DNA of 64,000 nucleotides, from assembly GCF_009914755.1 (NCBI RefSeq), contig NC_060925.1. One strand, written 5' to 3'. The notes beneath the pieces were generated by a model. It was not told where the DNA came from. It made no database searches and saw only the letters and a list, made by a program, of their open reading frames with translations. Positions within the stretch are counted from its first letter, which is position 1. Every line of letters starts with the position of its first letter. A program made the translations under genes and the position numbers. Positions 54,987 through 64,000 of the stretch are shown in pieces. The DNA is from the human T2T-CHM13v2.0 reference genome, Homo sapiens.

Positions 54987-55115
54987 ATAGCCTGAAAAAT
55001 AGAAGTGAGTCAATTTCCTAGCTATCATGGAGTATATGTCTTAAAAGACATACACTGAAAATAGCCTAAACATAGAAGTGAGTCAATTTCCTAGCTATCA
55101 TGGAGTATATATCTT
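54987..55115. repeat. ~74-bp-period duplication spanning the pseudogene/MER21 junction
   Basis: ATAGCCT..ATAGAAGTGAGTCAATTTCCTAGCTATCATGGAGTATAT(G/A)TCTT at 54987 and 55061. Confidence 0.92.
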
Positions 55116-55882
55116 CCTCCATGTTTCCTGGCATACAACTCCTAAAATCCTTGGAATCTCCAAAGTGCTTTCTTTTTGTATATTAATGTTGACTGATAGC
55201 ATCAGGATAAGGCTGGTTACCAAAAAGACCAAGCCATGATTAAAGGATTGGAACTTTGAGCCCCATCCCCCAACTTCCAAGGATGGGAAAAGGAGCTGAA
55301 GGACAAGCTGATTACCAATGGCCATGGTTTAATCAGTCACGCCTATGTAATGAAGCCTCCATAAAAACCCAAAACGAGAGGATTCAGAGAGCTTCTACAT
55401 AGCTGACCACATACAGTTTCATGGAGGGTGGTGTTCCCGAGGGCATGGAAGCTCCACACCCCTTCTTCCGTAGCTCACCCTATGCATCTCTTCATCTGTA
55501 TCCTTTGTAATATCATTTACAAGAAACAGGCAAGTGTAAACAAGTGTTTCTCTGAGTCCTGTGAGCTGCTTCAACAAATTAGTCAAACCCAAAGAGGTGG
55601 TCATGGGAATCTCAATTTGAAGCTAGCTGGTCTGAAGTTCTGGAGACCCGACTTGATACTAGTGTCTGAAAGGGGTGCAGTCTCGAGGCCTGAGCCTTCA
55701 GCTTGTGCAATCTAACACTATCTCCAGGTAAATAATGTTAGTCTGACTAGGAAGAGACTCAACTGGTGTCTACTGCTTGGTGTATGGGGCTTCTTGGTCA
55801 AACAAGTCTTCTGTGTGAATGATTGCTGTGTTGTATGAGAGCAGAGGAAAAACAAATGTTGGTTTGGGAGTTTTTCTGAAAC
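55096..55882 (+). mobile_element. MER21 (A-like) solo LTR inserted in the cTAGE retrocopy
   Basis: GTTTCCTGGCATACAACTCCTAAAATCCTTGGAATCTCC, GTAATGAAGCCTCCATAAAAACCC, GGGCATGGAAGCTCC..CCCTATGCATCTCTTCATCTG; ends CA; paralogous to the LTR at 42038-44533. Confidence 0.88.
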
Positions 55883-57120
55883 ATAAGTTGATCCTCTTCC
55901 AATGAGTCTGTTTCTAAAGATTCAGAATTATAGCAAAATGCTTTTCTCGTCTCTTTACTTAAGGAATTTTAACTTCTTCCCTTTTATTTCTTCTGCTATT
56001 AAGTGATTATACAGTGGCTCAAATGGAAGCTTGATAGGACTGGAATCTGTAAGATAATATTTTATAACTTTAGATTATTATTTATATATGAAGTGCATAA
56101 CTAAATTGCTTCAATCTTATTTGATTTGTAGGCCACGAATTCAAGTGTTTTTGTTAAGTCTGCTAAAATAATCCAGAAACACAACAAGTGTCTTCAAAAT
56201 TATGATTTTTTGTTTTATTGTGTTATGGCTATTTAAGTAATTATGAAACCTTGATAGGATTACAATTCTAGGATAGTGTTTTAATAAATGCAGCTTATTT
56301 AAAAGTGAATTTCATGAATAAATTGCTTCCTTTCTTCTACTTCCAGATATTATAAAGATAGTACATCTGTTTTTCCTGTTTGACTAGTCCCATTAACATT
56401 GGCTGTAATCAGAATTTTGTCAGGGAAATCTTCAGTTAAGATGCTTGAAACTCAAACTTTATTTCTGTATACCAAAGACTAAATTTAATCAAGTTATGAT
56501 ACTAATATATTTACCAAAATAAACTGGTTTAAAAAAAATGAAACTACGTAAACATACAAGCCTTTGGGGAAAAAATAGGCATTACTACCTAGTACTTCAT
56601 TCAATTAAGTATTATCAAATCTTTGCTACTGTCAAAACAATTTTAATAGTAGTCATAATATATGCTTAATGAATATATACATGAAATCTTTAATCCCAAA
56701 TGCAGAATGTGTTTGACAAATATTATGTAGCAGTAGTACTTAATTTTGATTCAGCATAACATGTCATGTTACAGTTCTATGAATTTACAATTCATAGAAC
56801 TTAATTTAACTACTACTTAATTTTACTCGGTTTTCAAATTTTTACTCAACTTTTTCTCCTCTGTTATTTCTAGTGGTAATTTTTGATAATTTCCCTCCTT
56901 TTTGAATCATTTCCTTCTTTGTTCTTAAAAATAAGTGATTTTTCTGTGTTATGTTTTATTCTTCAGCTTTAAGATTTCTGTCTGTTTGCCTATTACACAA
57001 ATAACTCTAAGCAATACTCTTTTTAAATATAAAATATGTAAGCTTAAAAAAAAGAATCTCTATGGTATGATTGTGTTGTCTAGCAACACCATTCACCACC
57101 CTTTTCAATAAAGAGCAGCG

Positions 57121-57524
57121 TATGGCAGATGCATCTGAAAGCAATAACTAATATTTATTTGGAGTTCTGAGCTAAGGAATCCAGGAATGATCAACCTGGA
57201 GATTCATTCCTTATCTATAAAGAACATCTGAACCTGGCCCCTCATGGGGAACATGGGCTGTACAGGGGATCAAGGCCCTTTGTTTCGGGTTAAAAGTTGT
57301 CAGATGGAGGATGCTAAGGGGAGAACGCTAAGTGAAAATGCTATATAAACTGCATGTTTTTTACAAGCGGTAGCAGTTCTCCTGTACAGCCCGCCACCAC
57401 TGGACCACCCTATATGTAAGTTCTCTTGGTAAACCCTATGTGTCCTTCACTAGCTCCAGGTCTCTTCTTTGGTCTCTTGAACATGGTGCTATCACTACTG
57501 AAGTCAACAGGCTCCAGCAAGACA
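57121..57524 (+). mobile_element. LTR47A-like (ERVL) solo LTR
   Basis: ATGGCAGATGCATCTGAAAGCAATAACT, GCTAAGTGAAAATGCTATATAAACTGCATG (TATA region), GGTCTCTTCTTTGGTCTCTTGAAC, ends CA; approximate TSD AGCA(G/A)C. Confidence 0.8.
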
Positions 57525-57685
57525 AGCAACGACAAGGATTCCTTTCTCTAAGTCTCTTTAGTATACTAGTATGCAAAACCTTTCTTTTACTCATTATTTA
57601 ATAATAGTAAAAATAAAAATAAATACTCACGTATTTACTCATTATAAATGTAAACAAAGATATAAATGACAAAGATATGTTCCAC

Positions 57686-57917
57686 TATGAATATAAATAT
57701 TTGTAACAATTTAATAATTTTTCCTCAGATTTTCATAAATATGGGAGATAGAAATTCTAAATATTAGGCTGGGTGTGGTGGCTCATTATGAATATAAATA
57801 TTTGTAACCATTTGATATTTTTCCATATTTTTCTCTGATAGATCAAACGAGATACCTCAGATTTTCATAAGTATGGGAGATAAAAATTCTAAATATTAGG
57901 CTGGGTGCGGTGGCTCA
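57686..57917. repeat. ~100-bp duplication that includes the first ~18 nt of the adjacent Alu
   Basis: TATGAATATAAATATTTGTAAC..CCTCAGATTTTCATAA..AAATTCTAAATATTA-GGCTGGGTG(T/C)GGTGGCTCA occurs twice; the second copy has ~30 extra nt. Confidence 0.9.
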
Positions 57918-58135
57918 CGGCTATAATCCCAGCACTTTGGGAGGCCAAGGCAGGCCGATCACTTGAGTCCAAGAGTTTGAGAACAGTCTGGGCAGCATAA
58001 CGAAACCCTGTCTCTACTAAAAATACAAAAATTAGCTGGGTGTGGTGATGCACTCCTATAGTCCCAGCTACCCCAGAAGCTGAGATGGGAGGATCACTTG
58101 AGCCCAAGAACAAGACCCTGTCTCTACACAGATAA
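57899..58135 (+). mobile_element. AluJ with an internal deletion in the right arm
   Basis: GATCACTTGAGTCCAAGAG, GGGAGGATCACTTGAGCCCAAGA joined directly to ACAAGACCCTGTCTCT; TSD-like AAAATTCTAAA(T/C)ATT. Confidence 0.88.
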
Positions 58136-59239
58136 ATAAAATTCTAAACATTTTTTGAGATCACATTTAAACATATCTTACTTACTACGGGAAAACAATT
58201 ACAAAGAGATGCAAACCATATTTGTACTAAAAAGTATAAAAGAGAAAAACATAAAATTAGCTTACTGTGGGACATAAGGTATTAAGGTATTATGAAATTT
58301 TCTAAAACAAATGAAATAAAACATATCTATAGTGGAAACCAACACATAGCAGAGAATTATGCACAAAGTAAAAAATTAAATACACAAATTCCAGTAAATA
58401 TGAGGCACCTGAGTACTGGACAAATCTTTAAGTTAAAAATAAAATATAACCAGTGACATTCTCAGTGCACAACGACATTCCATACAAATGACAAACCAGA
58501 AACTGAAATTTGCAACTGAAATAATAGATACAAAGTCAGTTAACAGAAAATGGCTAAAACTATTTCTAACCTAAAATACTGAAAACAAAAGCCATATAAA
58601 AACAACTCTAGTAATTAAAAAAATCACATTATATGAAACATTGGAAAGCATTACTCTAAAGATATTTAATACACAAAGAAAATGTTTTGTCCTCTCAAAC
58701 GATAAAAAGCTACAGGGTAAAAAAAAAGAAGGGACTTAAAAAAGAGATCAGGACAACATTTTTTAAGGTTTATATATCTTTTGAGATAAAATCTAGCTAA
58801 ATAAGATGAGGATGGGATGAGAGAAAGGCACTTATAGAAAACTAAAATGCAATAATAGAAACATAAATCCTTTGTAAGCATTAGAAAATAGAACTGACGT
58901 TACAGACAGAAAGACAATTTACTAGTATCACAGATCAATTTGAGATCATTTCTCAAAATACACCGCAAAAAATAGACATAAAATAAATTAAGGGAAAATG
59001 ATAACTATTTTGTACTAGTAAAAGAAATTCAATACATGGATAGTGGATATCTTAAAAGAATAAAACATAACAAATGATGCAGAAACAGTAAGCTGAGTAT
59101 AGCAAAAGAAGATGCTCCTTAACTCAGGAAGAAAAAAAGACTTTGTATCATTGTAAAGACTTACCAAGTTTTACACAAAAGTAGTGGGAAAATGTCATTT
59201 TGAGATATAACTTCAATGAATTTTAAACAAAAAAAAATA

Positions 59240-59860
59240 ACTGTAAAATAAAAGGGTGATAAATTCAACCAAATTAAAAATAAGAACATTTATTCATCAA
59301 AATTTAAAAAGAGTGAAAAGATATGCCACAAACTGAGGGAAGATATTTGCAACACATAAAGGTAAAAATTATATAATTTGTTATATAAAGTGCTCTTCAA
59401 TATCAATAATAAAAAGACAATATAACAACAAAAAAATGGACATAAGACATGGAGTTATGGCACACAAGAGAAACATGCAAAGCCCTAAGCATAAAACGAT
59501 GTTCAAACTCATTAGATTCATCCCTTACTAGTAATTTGGGAAAAGTCAAATTATGAATGTATTGAGATATAATTTTACACCCCAACGTGAACCAAAATTT
59601 AGAGGATGACAATACTAATTGTTGGAGACAATGCGGAAAGGGATTAAGATTATTTCTAAAATGTTGCTGTGGAAGTATAAATAGCATAAACAATTTGACA
59701 TTCTGCTACAATGTTCTACATTTGCAGCCTCTATGACCCCCTACACTCTAAAGACTCTTTTCCACATATGTACCAGGAGAAATGTATAAATGTAAATAAA
59801 ACAAAGATGTCATAAAGTAAGAAATGCAAAACAATGAAAATATTCATGAATAGAAGTGTA
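59240..59860 (+). mobile_element. L1ME ORF2 3' fragment
   Basis: GATAAATTCAACCAAATTAAAAATAAGAAC..GAGGGAAGATATTTGCAACACATA..AAAACGATGTTCAAACTCATTAG..CACATATGTACCAGGAGA. Confidence 0.75.
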
Positions 59861-61134
59861 GATCCTAAAATCCTTACTATTATTTAATCACTGACTTAGA
59901 AAATTAGAACAATCTCAGTTTAAACATAGTTAATAAGGTCTTAAAGATAACCACTATTATTTTTTAAAGGGGAATTTTCCTCCTAAATCACTACAGAAGA
60001 CAATAAAATATACCAGAGTATATGTACGATAAAACAGAAAACAGTAAAAAGATTTAAAAACAAACTCATAAAAGCATTTAACACTTGATAGAAACAAATT
60101 TATCATTTATTATTATGAGTTTAAATGGTTTCCAGTCATCAATAATAGACTACATTTTTCACCTGGAATTATATTTAAATTCAAACATACACTAAGGAGA
60201 AACAAGCCAGACACAAGCTGAGAAATCCAATTAAAGAGAAAAGCATAGAGAAAAAATATATTAAATAAGCAAAAAGAAAAGCCACAATAATATACTACCC
60301 AAGTATGACAAAAGATACCTCTTTGGAGACTATCCAACCTAAATTCCCTGACCAGTCAACAACTCTTACTTCTCCCTATTTTATATTCACCAGTATCTAA
60401 AATTTTGTCTATTTGTTTATTTCTTTATTGTTCATCTTCCTTATCTACACTGTGCACACTGTGTGATATGACTTGTTCAAACAGAGACCTGACAGTATTG
60501 TTTAAACAATGTAACTCAAAAACTCAAATTAATTGGTATATGTCAAACATAATATCCCACAGTTAGGGGATATACTTTACTCTCAATAAACATTAGAACA
60601 TTAAAAAATAATGACCTAATATTATATCAAATTAAAAACATTTTATAGTCAATTCAAAAAAGGCAATTATTCTATACTTTCTCACTACCATGTAAGTGAA
60701 TGAGAAAATGATAACAAATATAGCAACAGGAAAAACATGCCCATTTGGACAAAATCATCACATCAATCTCGAATATCTACTAGGCAAAACTGTAATACGA
60801 AAAATACTTTTCAAAAAATAAAATGAGAAAATGTTTATACCCAAGACCTATCCAAGCTGTAATCATTATTTTTTTAATCTTAGTGATATATTTTACTCAA
60901 GAAGTTATGACTGTTAAAGCAAGAAATGATAATAGTGAAATATAATAATAATGATATTAATCATTAGGATAAAATGTGATATGGTATGCATTGAGGGCAT
61001 CCAGCAGAGGAACATGACCTAGGCCACAGATTCAGAGGTTACCCTCCCCTTTCTTTGATAAAGAAATGCCATATGATCATCAGAATATGAAAAAATTACA
61101 CACACATAACAGCATTTATATCTATAAAGTAAAG

Positions 61135-61450
61135 GTCTGAAAAAGGGAAGGGAAACAGCAGTTACTATTTGGGAGATTATAAATTGGTAATGCCTTTCTA
61201 GAGAATAATTTGTCAGCATTCACTGTTTAAACCAACAATTCCACTTCTAGGAAGCTATATTAGAGAACCATGCAGATATATACATAAGAAGATATATACA
61301 GAGAGGTTTACGGTCACATGATTTGCAATGGTAAAGACTCAGAAGTAGTAAATGTCCTTAGAAAAAGATGATTAAATATATAATTACATATGTATATTAT
61401 AGAATATTATGCATTCATTAAAATTAATGGAATAGATCAATATGTACTGC
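61135..61450 (+). mobile_element. L1ME 3' fragment
   Basis: ATAAATTGGTAATGCCTTTCTAGAGAATAATTTG..CAATTCCACTTCTAGGAA..TATAGAATATTATGCA. Confidence 0.7.
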
Positions 61451-61929
61451 CCACAAATCAGTTAAATTCTGCCTTGTATGTAACAACTAGCAGAAGACTT
61501 TTCTAGAAGTCTTTATACGATGAACAATTCATTATAACGCTAAGTTACAATGTGATATATAATTATATATAATATTGGAGAGCAACCAATTTTAAAAAAC
61601 CCTTCAAACTAGAATAAAAATAAAATAATTAATGCATGTAACACAGTAATATAGATCTGTCCAGAGGCAACTTATCTCTAGAGTCTTAATAAAGCATGAA
61701 GGTGACATTGGACTAAAGCTAATTTATATAAAACCCTGGAATACAGACCAGCCTAATTTGGCAAGAGCACTCACTGATTTCGTGTGAAAGGGAGATTCTA
61801 GAGTCAATAAATATTTTTAAGCACACAATAAAATGCCAGGAACTTAGTAGGTAAAGGAACTTATATCCTTGGGAAAAAAGACAAGTAAACGAGCAATATT
61901 AATACAATATAAGTAAGTTTTAAAACTGT

Positions 61930-62085
61930 ATAATGTGATTATTTATAAGTGTCTGTTGTCTGTCTTTCCGTGACTAGAATGAGAGTCCCATGAAGCAAAA
62001 CTTTTGGTCTGTTTTGTTATTTTCCAAATGTTAAGGCAGTGCTAGGCACTTAATAAGCCCTCAACAGAGATTGATTAATTGAAAG
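61930..62085 (+). mobile_element. L2 3' end
   Basis: CTAGAATGAGAGTCCCATGAAGCA..GTCTGTTTTGTT..CAGTGCTAGGCACTTAATAAGCCCTCAA. Confidence 0.7.
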
Positions 62086-62449
62086 AAAAAAGGACAAAGA
62101 AAAGCAGAAGCGGGCAGAGTGGGCTATATTAGAGGGAGGCTCAGGGGGCTGGGGGCCTGGGAAAGATTCATTTTCCAGAAGGTATGAAATCTTAGTTGAA
62201 GCCTGAAGGTCAAGATTGGATTCAGTAAACATATTTGAATGGTGATTGTTTTCAGGCCTGAGTCAAAGAGATGACTCTAGGCCACTAAGGAGTGGAATTG
62301 ATTTGGAAGAAAGGAAGTTACATCTGAAAGAAGTCTAGTAGGCATCTCTCTCTTTTTTCTCTCTCTCTCCCCTCCTCCCCCCACACCTCTGTAGATAATA
62401 AATCTTGATAAGAGAAAGCTTAAGACAGATGTTAGATAAAAACTGAGGC

Positions 62450-62710
62450 CAAGGAAGAGATGGGCAGAAGGAATACTGAATAGTGAGGATGGCGACTCGA
62501 GAAGCTGTTCTAAGAAGAAAAATACTTCGAGAAGGAAGGTATCCACAGTGCCAAATTATACGAAGTTCTGGTAAGGAAACACCTGGAAATATGTTCACCA
62601 GATTTATTAATAGTAACAAAGAGGTCATTTGAAACCTTCATAACAGCAGTTTCACCGGTGCAGAGGAGGTGAAAGCCACATTATGGTGGCTTTAAGAGTA
62701 AGATATGAGA
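62450..62710 (-). mobile_element. L2 fragment
   Basis: TTCGAGAAGGAAGGTATCCACAGTGCCAAAT..GAGGTCATTTGAAACCTT..AGCAGTTTCA..GAAAGCCA. Confidence 0.65.
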
Positions 62711-64000
62711 GCCTGGCATTTCTAGAGAATGGATAGTGTTTTTGAAGCCTGATTCTAGGTGAGGGCAAGAGATTTATTTAGCTGGTTATATCTGTGAATG
62801 CTTCTAGTTGTAATAACATACTTTCACTTTTTTTTTTGAAGTAACAAACCTAGGCTATGTGTTTGTAGAGGAGGAAATATTGCTGCAGAAGGAGAGGGAA
62901 AAAATGTCTACTGCCTTGTATGTGTCTGCTTCTTCCATAGGCTTTGGGACATTCTCACCAGGGGGTTTGAGAATCAAACAGTATAAGACAACTTACACAA
63001 CAAGTTGGTCAGGTAAAGACTTGTCTGCCTATTATTTGGATTTTATAGGAAATTTAAAATAAACAGCTCTAACAAGCAGAGTAAGCTTGTTGACTGAACC
63101 ATATGAGATGCATTTAATTTTTCTCACCACAGGTGTTCTCAAGCTTCTATATACTCTGTGCTTGTGGTTGTTCTAAGATAATATTTCTGAAAATATGGAA
63201 ATATCTCTGGGGATATTTGAAAATAATTTATTTCAAAGAATATGGAATGTTAAGACCTAAAATCCATGATTTATTCAATACTGGGTATTCATTCATTTAT
63301 GTGATGGAAAAGTTACCATAGACTTTCCATCTACATTTTCTTATTGCATCTTGTTCTGTTCCTTCAAGCCATCCTCCTTCACCCTCTGATTAACCACACA
63401 GTTCCATTCTTCTCACAATATATAGGCAGTAAATTTTTTTCTAAAAATAACAGTAAATGTGTGTGTTTAACAGTATAAGAGGTAGATCTCAAATGAGCGT
63501 AAAGATCAATAACAATTATGTGCCAATTATACTATGAATATGTAATTGGCAGAACTGTATGGGCAGACCATGAAGACTGAGCAACAGCAATTCTGATCGA
63601 ACCATGCCCTAAATGTCTCTGCCTAAAACCCCAGGTTTTTAAAAGAAGCCTAATACAAACAAGTACCTAAATGAATTGAAAATATCAACACTGGCATATA
63701 TTTGAAATTAATATATACAATACAACTTCTATTTTTTCATTATTCATTGAACTATTGAGCTATAAGTGGTTATATACACATAGGTGAAACAAAGAAGACT
63801 AAGACACAATTCCCTACCCTCTAGTAACTCAAATTATCTTTGAATTAAGAAGAGTTTACTATATTGTGAGGTTTTCTCTAATTTGATAATAGAAGAGATG
63901 GAAATGCATGCAGTTACATGGCCACAGACAGATAACTTCCTTACTTAGCATTGGGATAAATCCTCAAAAACTAATTCCAAAAGTATATCTAAAATAAACC

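Larger units (their letters stand above)
53077..56538 (+). pseudogene. Processed pseudogene/retrocopy of cTAGE5 (MIA2/CTAGE family), antisense to DPYD, interrupted by a MER21 LTR
   Basis: Collinear degenerate peptides vs recalled cTAGE5: LVLELL*QVTVVLPEALSP (53116; parent LLLEELRRVVAALPEGMRP), NNEEQLQTALKDTSDKNSNLQ..QEAEEWK (53554; MNEERLKIAIKDALNENSQLQ..QEAEVWK), DWATVLGDD (53785; DWAAMLGED), KISHACEEMDTY (54188; KISHATEELETY), YPNILDIPSETFSR (54416; DPYALDVPNTAFGR), NQISDEGGVSSCE (~54491; HQITNERGESSCD). No introns, many stops and frameshifts. 3'UTR-like sequence resumes after 55883 and ends with AATAAA (56518-56523) and A8 (56531-56538). Confidence 0.88.

Overview
AT-rich, CpG-depleted human genomic DNA; an AluYb-lineage insertion with the diagnostic 7-bp duplication points to Homo. 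The window lies inside the dihydropyrimidine dehydrogenase gene DPYD, transcribed on the minus strand. The only protein-coding sequence I can support is the 83-nt exon 3 (25946-26028, [28 protein letters not shown]). Bases 1-25945 are intron 3 and 26029-64000 are intron 2. Intron 2 holds an old, heavily decayed, intronless cTAGE5/MIA2-family retrocopy on the plus strand (~53077-56538), split by a MER21 LTR. The rest is ordinary repeat landscape: Alus, L1PA/L1M pieces, L2, MIR, hAT MITEs, ERV LTRs (including MER52 nested in MER21), microsatellites and many short two-copy duplications. I found no prokaryote-style system (no CRISPR array, operon or RNA gene). The longer entries in the ORF track are repeat-derived; the rest are short and unsupported. 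The most interesting signals: (1) the retrocopy preserves an exon-skipped parent isoform and lacks the transmembrane segment; (2) a stop-free, in-frame alternative acceptor lies 39 nt upstream of DPYD exon 3; (3) a well-formed 61-nt candidate poison exon lies in intron 3; (4) an L1 3' transduction carries a THE1-like tag behind a mutated poly(A) signal. Repeat subfamily names and parent-protein comparisons are from memory, not database searches, and old-repeat boundaries are approximate.
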